From positions 1-54,696 of IMG/VR virus record IMGVR_UViG_3300049432_000174: a stretch of 54,696 bases of DNA, one strand, 5' to 3'. Numbering within the stretch: position 1 is the first letter of the stretch; the number at the start of each line of letters is the position of its first letter. The DNA comes from a virus. Lineage: Duplodnaviria; Caudoviricetes. Below are positions 8,979-17,856 of this stretch, in pieces. The notes under the pieces were generated by a model. That model ran no database searches, was not told the origin of the DNA, and worked only from the letters and a program-made list of their open reading frames with translations. The translations under genes were made by a program, and so were the position numbers.

Positions 8979-9215
8979 TCACGACGCGTCGCCCCACCGG
9001 TCGGCGTCGGGTTCGCCGCTCCAGTCGTAGGCGGCTGTGGCGGCGCCGTTGACGGACCGGGGCCAGCGGATGATCCGAATGTCGTCGCGCGGCGTCGGGT
9101 CGTCGGCGAGAGCGGCGATGTCGCTGACGAGGTCGAAGCGGCCGGCGATGGTGAACCCGAGGAGGAACCCGAGGGCCGCCACGAGTAGGTATGAGCCGAG
9201 AATGGCGATGAACAT
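8979..9215 (-). CDS. Small membrane protein
   Basis: N-terminal hydrophobic helix. Confidence 0.55.
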   Translation of the reverse strand: MFIAILGSYLLVAALGFLLGFTIAGRFDLVSDIAALADDPTPRDDIRIIRWPRSVNGAATAAYDWSGEPDADRWGDAS

Positions 9216-9239
9216 GGGGGGACCCCCCGCGGTTGGGTT

Positions 9240-9806
9240 TTAGGTGGTGGCGGGTATTGCGGTGGTGCTGTCGACGCCGGGGTCCGGGGCGTCGACGATC
9301 TCGGCGTCTTGGAAGGCCACGGCGAGGTACACGTCGCGGGCCAGGCGGGCATCAACCAGAGCAGAATGGCGGCCGTCGGGGATGGGGATGCCGAGCGCTC
9401 GGGCGGTGTCGCTCAGGCTGACCGGGAGCGCCCCGAGCCGCCCGGCGGCGTAGGTTTCGACGCACAGGAGACGGTGCGACCAGGCCGGGCAGTAGCCGTT
9501 GGCCCGGAGGAACAGCTCGAGGAACCCGGCGTCGAACGATGGAACGGCGCCGGCCAGGATCTTGTCGGCGGTGAGGTAGGCGATGGCGCCAGCGACGTCT
9601 TCGGGCTGGTCCCACTCGACGATGGCGGCGGTGCGGTCGTAGTAGCCGTTGATCCGCAGCGCGCCCGGCTCGGCGAAGGTCAGGTCAGGTTCGACACGCC
9701 AGATGTGCTCCGTGCCGTCTTCTTCCACCGCCGCGATTTCCCACACCTCGTGGCGGGACGGATCGAGGCCGCTCGTCTCACAATCAATGAAAATGGGGCC
9801 GGTCAT
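9240..9806 (-). CDS. DEDDh 3'-5' exonuclease
   Basis: FIDCETSGL..SFDAGFL..HSALVDA. Confidence 0.9.
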   Translation of the reverse strand: MTGPIFIDCETSGLDPSRHEVWEIAAVEEDGTEHIWRVEPDLTFAEPGALRINGYYDRTAAIVEWDQPEDVAGAIAYLTADKILAGAVPSFDAGFLELFLRANGYCPAWSHRLLCVETYAAGRLGALPVSLSDTARALGIPIPDGRHSALVDARLARDVYLAVAFQDAEIVDAPDPGVDSTTAIPATT

Positions 9807-10273
9807 GCGGCGTCGCCCCGGGTCGCGTCAAGGAGAGCACGGGCTTTGTCGGTCGGCCAGTAGCGGGGCCCACCACCGGTGAGATCCGCCGGGGCCGACC
9901 CGAGCAGGGATTGGAGCCGCTCAATTTCGTGCTGCGCGGCGAAGTACAGCGTCCGCCAGTGGGCCACCCACTCGGCCGGGGGATCTTGTCCCTCGGGGGC
10001 GACCTCGAGTCCCCACGACCGGGGCGGGGCCGACGGCGGCAGCCGATCGCCGTGCCCACCCAGACGAGGTCTCGCCCCCGAGGGAGCCTCTATGCCGGCG
10101 AGCTCCTGGACGCCGGCCGCGATTGCTTTCTCCGCTTGCCGTTTCGTCCTGAACGGCCCGGCCAGTTTCTCCACGCTCTTCACGATCCTCACCACGTCGT
10201 ATTCCACCGGGCCCTTTTGGCTGAGCCCGTTGCTGATCCGCCAGCGCACCTCGGTACTGACGACCGTGCTCAT
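9803..10273 (-). CDS. Hypothetical protein
   Basis: Likely start MSTVVSTEV with ATGA overlap. Confidence 0.5.
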   Translation of the reverse strand: MSTVVSTEVRWRISNGLSQKGPVEYDVVRIVKSVEKLAGPFRTKRQAEKAIAAGVQELAGIEAPSGARPRLGGHGDRLPPSAPPRSWGLEVAPEGQDPPAEWVAHWRTLYFAAQHEIERLQSLLGSAPADLTGGGPRYWPTDKARALLDATRGDAA

Positions 10274-10530
10274 GCGGCGCTGGCCTTTCTCGCGGCGGAG
10301 CCGGTGCCGGTGTGCCACCAGACCCGGCACGGGCGACAATCGAACCGCTGCGTGGGCTTCTTCGGGGTGAACGGCCTGTCGCACACGATGCAACGGGGCC
10401 GCCCATCGGAGAGTGGCGCGGTGGCCGACGGGTGGAGAAGGGCTGCTTCCCGCCGGACCCATTCGTTGTAGGTGAGGGTGTCCGGTTCCGGGAAGGCCTG
10501 TTCGACTCCCCCCCACCGGTCGGTATTCAT
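10270..10530 (-). CDS. Zinc-finger-like hypothetical protein
   Basis: CIVCDRPFTP..FDCRPC. Confidence 0.55.
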   Translation of the reverse strand: MNTDRWGGVEQAFPEPDTLTYNEWVRREAALLHPSATAPLSDGRPRCIVCDRPFTPKKPTQRFDCRPCRVWWHTGTGSAARKASAA

Positions 10531-10760
10531 ACGAGCCCGGCCTGCGTAGTGGTGGTGCGGACAATGGCGGCGGTGAGGACCCGGCGGGCCCGCACACACA
10601 GATCGTCAGCAGCGCGGCAGACCTGGGTGATCGCCAACCATGCGGCCTGGACGGCCTCCGGGTCGCCGCCATCGAGGCCGGCCAGGTCGAGCTCATCGAA
10701 CTCGGCGGTGAGATCGTCGAGCGCGACACGGAGATCGGCGAAGGTAAGGGCGGCGATCAC
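10527..10760 (-). CDS. Hypothetical protein
   Basis: Helical coupled ORF. Confidence 0.45.
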   Translation of the reverse strand: MIAALTFADLRVALDDLTAEFDELDLAGLDGGDPEAVQAAWLAITQVCRAADDLCVRARRVLTAAIVRTTTTQAGLV

Positions 10761-10957
10761 GACTCCGACTCCTTCTGCCCCGGGTCGGTCCATCCGAGCC
10801 TGGCGTTGTGACAGGCGACGGCTTCAGCGGCGAGCGCCCGGGTATCAAGGCAGCCGATGAGGACGTCGGTGTCGCCGACGGTTCGGCCGACGACGACGTA
10901 GATGGTGCGGCCCTGGCTGCGGCCGACGCGCCACGGGAAGTTTTGGTGTTCGGGCAT
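10757..10957 (-). CDS. Hypothetical phage protein
   Basis: PWRVGRSQGRTIY..LIGCLDT..AVACHN. Confidence 0.6.
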   Translation of the reverse strand: MPEHQNFPWRVGRSQGRTIYVVVGRTVGDTDVLIGCLDTRALAAEAVACHNARLGWTDPGQKESES

Positions 10958-11284
10958 CAGCCACCACCTCGGCAGGCGGGGCAGGGGACCCCGACGACGC
11001 CGCCGTAGTACGGGTCGTTGGTCCAGCCTGTCCCGTCACAGTTCAAGCAGGGCGGCCTGGGGGGAAGGGACGGACCGTGAGGCGCCCCTCCCCCCCAGGG
11101 GCCTTCGTCCGGGTCGCGCAGCAGGCAGCCGAGGACGACAACGCCGGGGTTCGTGGGGAGGCCGATCATGTCGCTTCCTTCCGGAACCGTCGGTGGGCCC
11201 GCGGCGGGGGGGTGTGCCGGGCCCGTTCCATGGCCCGACCGAACATGTAGGCGACCCACAGGGCGGCGAGGAGCGGCAGGACTC

Positions 11285-11641
11285 TCACGCGGTGACTCCC
11301 CATGGCGGCGCGCCGGCAGTTTCGGCGGCGCTGGCGACAGCGGCGGCGCAGACGGCGTGGAGGCGGAGGTTCCGGGTCCGGGCGTACCGGCGCAAGATCA
11401 GGAACGCCGTCTCGGGGTCGACGTTGTTGCGTTCAGCGATGATCCCTTTGGCCTGCTCGATGATGACGCGGCTGACCAGCGCCGCTTGGAGCGACACGTT
11501 TTCGTGTTGGAGTCGTTCCATCTCGATGGTGTCGACCGAGAGGCCGGCGGCCAGGCGGTCGACGTCGGCTCGGAGATCGACAACGTCGTGGCGGAGCCGG
11601 GCGTTTTCTTCCTCGACCCGGGTCCGGTGCCCGGCGGTCAT
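11285..11641 (-). CDS. Coiled-coil plus ANTAR RNA-binding domain protein
   Basis: LQAALVSRVIIEQAKGIIAERNNVDPETAFLILRRYARTRNLRLHAVC. Confidence 0.92.
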   Translation of the reverse strand: MTAGHRTRVEEENARLRHDVVDLRADVDRLAAGLSVDTIEMERLQHENVSLQAALVSRVIIEQAKGIIAERNNVDPETAFLILRRYARTRNLRLHAVCAAAVASAAETAGAPPWGVTA

Positions 11642-11826
11642 GAGGCTTCCCGGTGGCCGTTGTCGCCGTCGACGAGGCGGTGCAGCGCCGCGGCGGGGAT
11701 GAGCCGCCGGCCGCCGACCTTGGACGACGGGAGGGTGCCGTCGGCGATGAAGACGTCGATGGTCCGCAACGAGACACGCAGGAACTCGGCTGCTTCGTGG
11801 CGGGTGTAGGCGTAAGGCTCATCCAT
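11638..11826 (-). CDS. Excisionase-like HTH DNA-binding protein
   Basis: YTRHEAAEFLRVSLRTI..GTLPSSKVGGRRLIP. Confidence 0.85.
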   Translation of the reverse strand: MDEPYAYTRHEAAEFLRVSLRTIDVFIADGTLPSSKVGGRRLIPAAALHRLVDGDNGHREAS

Positions 11827-11849
11827 GGGAGGGACCGCCCGGGTCGGGT

Positions 11850-11888
11850 GAAACAGCAAGGGCCCCAGCGCTTGTAGCGCTGGGGCCC
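11850..11888 (-). terminator. Putative intrinsic terminator upstream of xis/ANTAR
   Basis: 13-bp perfect stem GGGCCCCAGCGCT/AGCGCTGGGGCCC followed by TTGCTGTTTC on the minus strand. Confidence 0.6.
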
Positions 11889-11984
11889 GGGGTCTGGAGG
11901 CCGGTCTTCAATTGGGGGGATGATGAGGCGGTCTCCCCCTGGGGCGTGGGAGATACCGCTGGGGTTTGACGGACCAGGAGGCGT

Positions 11985-14450
11985 TCACCCGAGTGCCTCA
12001 CTGGGGCCCACGTCGTCGATGGGGACGACGTCGAAGAGGGTGGGGACCTCACCGTCGGATTCGGCGGTGGTGAGGAACCGGCGGGCGGTGTCGAAGTAGG
12101 AGCGTTTCAGTTCGATGCCGTAGAACCGGCGTCCCCAGCGCAGGGACTCGACGCCTTCGGAGCCGATCCCGGCGAAGGGGGAGAACACGGTTTCGTCGCG
12201 GTTGGTCCACAGCCGGACGCACCGTTCGATCAGGCCGAGCTGGAGGGGGCAGATGTGACGCTCGTCGTCGTGTTCTTTGCCGAGCGCGGCGTTGAGGACA
12301 TCGGTGGCGCGGATGTCGTACCAGATGTGGTGCGCCCAGGAGATCCACTCGACATTGGAGATGTCGTCGGCGTGGACCTTCGCCGCCGCCTCGCCGGGCT
12401 TGCGGAAGATCAGCAGGCACTCGGACGCCTGCGGGTGCGAATCCAGCGCGTTGCGTTTCAGGGTGACGAAGAGGAGGTTGGCGTCTTTGGTGCGGGTCGC
12501 CTGGACCTGCGGGTCTTTGTCGATGGCGATGCGGGCGTGGTAGCGGAACCCGGCCCGTTCCATCCCGGCCCGGAGGTCGGACGGGTAGTCGTAGGTGTGG
12601 CGGTAGCCGTGGGCCCCGGCGAAGCGGATGACATCCATGCAGTGGACCGCCACGACACGCCCGGCCTTCATGATCCGGAACAGTTCGGGGGCGAAGAATT
12701 CCCATTGGAGGCGGTACTCGTCGTCGGAGCGGACGTTGCCCATGTCGGCCGCTTCGCTCGAGTAGGTGAACAGGTTGGCGAACGGGGGGGAGAACACGGC
12801 GAGGTCCATCGACTCGGCCGCCATGGTCGGCATGTGAGCCACGGCGTCCCCCAGGACGAGGGTCCAACGGTCGGTGCCGTCCCGGTCGAGCTCGACCTGC
12901 GGCTCGGTCATCAACGACTTCCTCTCGGTCGAATCCCGGGGGCGGAGCACCTCGATGTACGCCTGTTCCTGGCGGCCGGCGTCGGCTTCCCAGGTGGCCT
13001 GCTTGGCCAGCACGTTGCGGAGCATCGGCTCGTCGAGTTCGGTCAGCGGGACGTAGACGATCACCGGGCGGGTCTGGCCGTAGCGGTGCGACCGTCGGAT
13101 CGCCTGGTAGAACCGCTCGAACGAATCCGACATTGAGCTGAAGATCTGGATCCGGCAGGCCTGCAGGTTGAGGCCGTGGCCGAGCATGCTGGCCTTGCAG
13201 ATCAGGACCCGGGGCCCGTCACCGGCCCGGCGGAAGGCGTCGATCAGATCGGTGCGGCGCGCCTGCGGGGTCTTCCCCGAGATGACGACGGCGTCGGGGA
13301 TGAGCCGGCCGAGCTGGGTGCCTTCCTCGTCGAACGTGACCCACACGATGACCTGCTCGTCGCCATGGTCGCCGTTGACCAGGCCGGCGATGTCGGCCGG
13401 CTTGCGGGCCGGGAACCGGCGGATCTCCGTGCCGTCGAGTTCGAAGCCGTGGGCGATCTGCATGACCTTGGTGCGCGACGTGATCCCGCCGGGGGTGGCG
13501 CCGAGCAGGGACGGCTGGTCGCCCCGTTCCCACCGCCGGGCCGCGGCCCGCTGGGCGTCGGTCAGGTCGACGCGGGGGTAGCGCATCTCCAGCTTCGGGA
13601 GCGCCTGGCGGTTGTCGGCGAAGTGGTAGGCGGCCGGGCTGCGCATGAACACCGACCACGAGGCGAGGTGGCGGTAGAAGGCCTTCTCGCCGTGGTGTTT
13701 CAGCTGCCAGTTCCCGTCTCGGTTGACGAAGAACATGGCCAGGAACTCGCGGGTGGAACGCACCACTTCGAGGAAGTAGGCGTGCTCGGCGTACTCGAGG
13801 CGGTCGTTCGGGGCGGGAGTGGCTGAGCAGCACAGCTTCCACCGCACCCCCCGGAAGGCGTTGACGAGGCTGGTGCGGCGCACCCCCATGCTGGCCTTGA
13901 GGACCGAGCTCTCGTCGATCACGACCGCCGAGACGGCCAGCGTGTCGGTCGTCCCGTCGATCTTCTCGTAGTTGGTGATCCCGATCCCGGGGCCGTCGTC
14001 GAGCCACGCCTTCAGAGCGGCGCGGTCGCGCAGGTCGGCGATGGGGAGGGTGTCGCCGTAGAAGCGGGCCGCCTCGCCGATGGTCTGGGGGACGACCTGG
14101 AGGGGGGCGAGGATCAGGGTGCGGCCACCGTGGGCTTCGCCGGCGAGACGGGCCCAGTCCAGCTGGATCGGCGTTTTCCCCAGCCCGCAGTCGGCGAACA
14201 CCGCGAATCGTTCCTTGCGGAGAGCGGCTTCGACGACCCACTTCTGGTAGTCGAACAGGTAGCCGGCCGGTTCCCCGTAGGTCGCGGCGGCCAGTTCGGG
14301 GGCCAGGCCGGCGGAGGCGAGATGCTCGGCGGTCGTCTCGATCACCCGGGGGCCGACGAACCGCCACTCGGGCAGCGCCCGGACCTTCAGCAGATCGGGA
14401 TACGCCTCAAGCGTGACAGCGGCCACGTCCCCGCGACGTTCAATCCTCAC
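11985..14450 (-). CDS. SNF2-like helicase fused to an amino (N4-C/N6-A) DNA methyltransferase
   Basis: FADCGLGKT, IDESS, SATPAPND and helicase C motifs, then FSPPF and FSPFAGIGS; likely GTG start at 14450. Confidence 0.88.
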   Translation of the reverse strand: MRIERRGDVAAVTLEAYPDLLKVRALPEWRFVGPRVIETTAEHLASAGLAPELAAATYGEPAGYLFDYQKWVVEAALRKERFAVFADCGLGKTPIQLDWARLAGEAHGGRTLILAPLQVVPQTIGEAARFYGDTLPIADLRDRAALKAWLDDGPGIGITNYEKIDGTTDTLAVSAVVIDESSVLKASMGVRRTSLVNAFRGVRWKLCCSATPAPNDRLEYAEHAYFLEVVRSTREFLAMFFVNRDGNWQLKHHGEKAFYRHLASWSVFMRSPAAYHFADNRQALPKLEMRYPRVDLTDAQRAAARRWERGDQPSLLGATPGGITSRTKVMQIAHGFELDGTEIRRFPARKPADIAGLVNGDHGDEQVIVWVTFDEEGTQLGRLIPDAVVISGKTPQARRTDLIDAFRRAGDGPRVLICKASMLGHGLNLQACRIQIFSSMSDSFERFYQAIRRSHRYGQTRPVIVYVPLTELDEPMLRNVLAKQATWEADAGRQEQAYIEVLRPRDSTERKSLMTEPQVELDRDGTDRWTLVLGDAVAHMPTMAAESMDLAVFSPPFANLFTYSSEAADMGNVRSDDEYRLQWEFFAPELFRIMKAGRVVAVHCMDVIRFAGAHGYRHTYDYPSDLRAGMERAGFRYHARIAIDKDPQVQATRTKDANLLFVTLKRNALDSHPQASECLLIFRKPGEAAAKVHADDISNVEWISWAHHIWYDIRATDVLNAALGKEHDDERHICPLQLGLIERCVRLWTNRDETVFSPFAGIGSEGVESLRWGRRFYGIELKRSYFDTARRFLTTAESDGEVPTLFDVVPIDDVGPSEALG

Positions 14451-14592
14451 GACTCCTCGGCTCCGCCTGCAGCGCCGGCGCAGAGGTGGACCCCACCAAC
14501 GGTCATGTCGTCGTGGACGTCGTACCAGTGGTCCTCGCCGGGAAGCACGAGGCGGCGGCACCGAGGGCAGGGCATGGGCTCGGTGAGGCGGA

Positions 14593-14847
14593 TCACGCCG
14601 CCTGCCCGTCGTCGTCGCCGTCGTCAACGAGCTCGGCGAGTTCCCGCATGCGGATCCCGAGCACCCGGGACAGCGCTACCAGGGCCTTCAGGGTCGGGAT
14701 GGCCTCTCCCCGTTCCCAGGCGGAAACGGTGGGCTGGGTTACGCCGAGCTCGGCCGCCAGCATCTCCTGGCTGGAGTACCCCTCCTCGATCCGGCGGGCC
14801 CGGATGAGTTCCCCAAGCCGAGTCGAGATGAGTCTCTCCTGCGCCAT
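14593..14847 (-). CDS. XRE-family HTH regulator (Cro-like)
   Basis: SQEMLAAELGVTQPTVSAWERGEAIP; first gene of early operon. Confidence 0.88.
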   Translation of the reverse strand: MAQERLISTRLGELIRARRIEEGYSSQEMLAAELGVTQPTVSAWERGEAIPTLKALVALSRVLGIRMRELAELVDDGDDDGQAA

Positions 14848-14918
14848 TGGCGTAGTTTTACGCCATCGACGTAGGTGGGTCAAGCGTCTGAGTCGTACTG
14901 AATAGGCATGCCTATAGT
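14848..14918. promoter_or_regulatory. Divergent lysis/lysogeny control region with palindromes
   Basis: TGGCGTA-N4-TACGCCA (14848-14865), ATAGGCATGCCTAT (14902-14915), minus-strand TTGACC, plus-strand TATAGT 7 nt before ATG 14926. Confidence 0.6.
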
Positions 14919-14925
14919 CACGCTG

Positions 14926-15324
14926 ATGCCGCTGGAGCCGATTGCCGACCTCGACACGTTCAGAGCAGCTCTACGGCAGGCACTCGATGCCCGCACGAAG
15001 AACCTTGACGTCATCGCCGCCGCGGCCGGCTTCGAGAGCGCCGGGAGCGTCACCGATTGGGCTGGTGGCCGGGTGAAGTCCTTCGACCCAGCGAAGGTAT
15101 TTGCCCTAGAAAAAGCCCTCGGCTGCCACCCGGGCGAGCTGTCCACGCACCTGGGCTATCTGCCCCTGAGCGCCGCCGGGACCGTCGAGGCGGCGATTAT
15201 CCGTAGCGGGGACCTCGATCCCCAGGACCGGGCCTACCTCCTCAAGCTCTACCGGGACCTCCGCCGTCAGCACGAACGCTCCCAGGGGTCGCCGGCCCGC
15301 TCGGCAGACAATTCGGTGGCATAA
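14926..15324 (+). CDS. Putative immunity repressor (HTH)
   Basis: Divergent from cro; IAAAAGFESAGSVTDWAGG..VFALEKALG..LSTHLGYLP; alternative start 14908. Confidence 0.7.
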   Translation: MPLEPIADLDTFRAALRQALDARTKNLDVIAAAAGFESAGSVTDWAGGRVKSFDPAKVFALEKALGCHPGELSTHLGYLPLSAAGTVEAAIIRSGDLDPQDRAYLLKLYRDLRRQHERSQGSPARSADNSVA

Positions 15325-15329
15325 AGGAC

Positions 15330-16769
15330 TCAGCCGAGGGGGATGACGTCCCCTTCGGGTGCGCCGAGCTCGTCGCCCCAGGCGTCGTCGAGGGTGTCGG
15401 CCAGGCCGTCGTCGTCGCCGGGGATGCAGTGCTCGTACCGCTGATGGAGCATGGTCGTCGAGGTCCCGAAGCGCTTGGCCACGCCGGCGGGGTCCTTCCC
15501 CTTCCGGAGCAGGGTGGAGATCCCGTAGTGCCTCATGTCGTACAACCTCATGTCCTCGGGGACCGGGATCCCGGCGGCGACCGCCTTCTCGACGATGCGG
15601 CTGAAGGCCTGGGATGGGCCGTCGGGGTCGACGGGCTTGAGGCAGTCGGGGGCGGTGGCGAACATGTAGGAGCGGCGGGTGAGCTTCTTCCCGAACATCA
15701 GGGCCAGCTCGTCCTGGGCGCGGAGGTGGTCGTTGACGGCGGCCAGGGCCCGGGCGCCGAGCTTGATGACCCGCCGCCGGCGCTTGTCGGTCTCGCCCCG
15801 GCAGACCTTCCCGTCGACGACGCCGACTCCCTCGAGGGCGAGGCGGCCGGTGGTCCGGTCGAGCTGGCCCCGCTGGAGGGCGGCGACTTCCTGGGGGCGG
15901 GGCCCCGACGCCACGAGCAGGGCGAAGGCCAGGAGCTGCCGCCCGGCCCGGTCGGCAGCCTCACGGTCGACCCGAGCGGGGATGGTGAAGGTGTACGGGG
16001 TGCCGTCCTTGCGTTTGCGGGTGACGGTGTGGGCGGCCCGGACCCGGGTGGTCCCGAGGAGGAACGGGAGGAAGACCTCGAGCTCGTCCGGTTCGGGGGT
16101 GGTCGATTCGCGATCCTCGACGCCGGGGAGCCGGACGGTCGCGCAGGGGTTGGCCGTGAGCGTCGATCCCGGCCGGCGGATCTCCTGGTCGAAGGCCTGG
16201 GCCAGATAGCGCTTCGTCTTCCCGACGGTCCCCGGGTCGAGCGGCTGGCCCTTGTTCTTCCGGGTCTTGCCGCTGCCGACGCTGCCGCTGGCCAGGAGCC
16301 CGTCGAAGAAGGCGGCCAGGGAGAACAGGTCGGGGTCAATGGCGGCCTCTTCGGGCCCGACGGTGCCCCGAACCCGCCAGGCGGCCACGTCGGCCAGCTT
16401 GGGGAGGAGGTACGAGTCGAGGTGGGTGCGGGCCGTGCTGGCGGAGGCGAGGTGGCGGGCGTGGGCTTCGTACCACGCCTCGAGGATGGCCCCGACGGTC
16501 CGCTCCCCCTGGCTGGCCACGACGGGCGGGGCGTGGCCGCCTTCCTTGCGGCGGCGCTTCCTCGTGGCGGCGAGGTCATCGGCCCGGCCGACGAGGGTGG
16601 TGAGAGCGACGATGATCTGCTTCTCGGTGGCGTCGACGGCCAGGGTGTCGGAGAGGTAGTCAGCGCGACCGGTGACCGGGTTGACCCCGGCGTAGGCCCG
16701 CAGCTCGAGCCGGTTCCCTTTGGGGCGGACGTGGCCCCGCTGCTGACGGACCTTGTCGGTAATGTTCAT
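15330..16769 (-). CDS. int: Tyrosine integrase
   Basis: SGPRPQEV (R), RLYDMRH, RYEH (catalytic Y); adjacent to attP. Confidence 0.9.
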   Translation of the reverse strand: MNITDKVRQQRGHVRPKGNRLELRAYAGVNPVTGRADYLSDTLAVDATEKQIIVALTTLVGRADDLAATRKRRRKEGGHAPPVVASQGERTVGAILEAWYEAHARHLASASTARTHLDSYLLPKLADVAAWRVRGTVGPEEAAIDPDLFSLAAFFDGLLASGSVGSGKTRKNKGQPLDPGTVGKTKRYLAQAFDQEIRRPGSTLTANPCATVRLPGVEDRESTTPEPDELEVFLPFLLGTTRVRAAHTVTRKRKDGTPYTFTIPARVDREAADRAGRQLLAFALLVASGPRPQEVAALQRGQLDRTTGRLALEGVGVVDGKVCRGETDKRRRRVIKLGARALAAVNDHLRAQDELALMFGKKLTRRSYMFATAPDCLKPVDPDGPSQAFSRIVEKAVAAGIPVPEDMRLYDMRHYGISTLLRKGKDPAGVAKRFGTSTTMLHQRYEHCIPGDDDGLADTLDDAWGDELGAPEGDVIPLG

Positions 16770-16893
16770 GTCGTCGCTGCCTCCACATCAGGTGGTGACC
16801 GTGCCCCGGGGCGGTCGCTCGTCGCCGGGGTCTTTCGCGGGTCACTATCCACCCTCCCGCCGACTGACGCAAGCAATCGTCGGTCCCAGACCC

Positions 16894-16914
16894 ATGGGAA
16901 AACGATGGGAAAAC
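16894..16914. repeat. Integrase arm-type sites, left
   Basis: Tandem ATGGGAAAAC x2. Confidence 0.6.
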
Positions 16915-16932
16915 GCCCTCTAGGCATGAAGA

Positions 16933-16967
16933 AGGGGCACCTCCCGAACCTCCGGAAAGTGCCCCTG
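16933..16967 (-). terminator. Hairpin downstream of the tRNA fragment
   Basis: AGGGGCAC...GTGCCCCT inverted repeat. Confidence 0.55.
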
Positions 16968-16982
16968 ACCTGCATCGGAACC

Positions 16983-17028
16983 GGTGGGCGATACTGGGAT
17001 CGAACCAGTGGCTTCTGCCGTGTGAAGG
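16983..17028 (-). mobile_element. attP common core = 3' half of tRNA-Val(CAC)
   Basis: CCTTCACACGGCAGAAGCCACTGGTTCGATCCCAGTATCGCCCACC contains anticodon loop, T-arm and acceptor 3' strand; 5' half absent. Confidence 0.88.
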
Positions 17029-17140
17029 ATTCACCAGGGGTGCGAGGTAGCGCAGCGTGATGCACCAAACCCCGTCCGACCTGCGGCGATGTTTTTCTTG
17101 GGGTTGACTGCGCTGCGCTGCGTCACGCTGCGCAAGGGCA

Positions 17141-17164
17141 AAACCATGGGTCAAACCATGGGTC
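17141..17164. repeat. Integrase arm-type sites, right
   Basis: Tandem AAACCATGGGTC x2 sharing the ATGGG core with the left arm. Confidence 0.6.
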
Positions 17165-17246
17165 AACCGCCCCCCGCCCCGTTCGTCCGGGAGTGGTCAC
17201 GATGAGCCATATCTATCCGGGTGGCGACTAGCGCACGGTGGGGTCT

Positions 17247-17741
17247 ATGGACGCGCCCGCCACTCCCCCGCCCGACCACCTGACCCACCGTCAACTCATG
17301 GCCCTCGCCAAAGCCAGCCGGCCCTGGTACGCGGAGAAGCGGTTCTGGGCGCTCGGCCTCGTCGCCTTCTTCGTCACGATGACGGCGCTCGGGGCATCGA
17401 AGACTCCCGCATCGTCGGAGAACGTCGGGGGGGTGAGGACGCTCTCGGTGAACGGGGCCAACCCTCCGCAGGCTGACGTCACGCTGACATCGTGTTCCAT
17501 CGGCGAGTACGGCCTGCCCTCGGTCAAGATTCTGATCACGAACCGCAGCTCGGGGCGGTCGAACTACATCGTGAGCGTGAACCTTCTCGACGCCGCTGGC
17601 ACCAAGATCGGCGAGGGGTTCGCTTCCTCCAACAACGTCGAGGCCGGCCAGTCAGCGGTCGATGATGTCGCTGCCATGGTGAGCGCTGGGACGCTCGCCC
17701 GCTGTGTCGTGACCGAGGTCAACCGGTTCGCATCCCGCTGA
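17247..17741 (+). CDS. Membrane-anchored FxLYD-like beta-sandwich protein (moron)
   Basis: PWYAEKRFW plus TM helix; ITNRSSGRSNYIVSVNLLDAAGTKIG. Confidence 0.7.
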   Translation: MDAPATPPPDHLTHRQLMALAKASRPWYAEKRFWALGLVAFFVTMTALGASKTPASSENVGGVRTLSVNGANPPQADVTLTSCSIGEYGLPSVKILITNRSSGRSNYIVSVNLLDAAGTKIGEGFASSNNVEAGQSAVDDVAAMVSAGTLARCVVTEVNRFASR

Positions 17742-17769
17742 GGAAGACCGGCCGCGGTCGTTCATGCCG

Positions 17770-17856
17770 TCAGCGGCGGAAGAGCACCCAGAACACGAAG
17801 ATGAGGAAGCAGACGAAGAGGAACCCGCCTCCGAGCACGATCGTCTCGCCGAGCAT
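17770..17856 (-). CDS. 28-aa single-TM peptide coupled to pup
   Basis: MLGETIVLGGGFLFVCFLIFVFWVLFRR; TGATG overlap with the pup stop. Confidence 0.5.
   Translation of the reverse strand: MLGETIVLGGGFLFVCFLIFVFWVLFRR

Noticed and set aside
14926-17028. Integration-dependent immunity (attP inside the repressor gene)
   Set aside because: attP lies about 1.7 kb away, beyond the integrase, not within the repressor.
16983-17060. Complete tRNA-Val gene
   Set aside because: The 5' acceptor strand, D-arm and most of the 5' anticodon stem are absent; it is an attP core.
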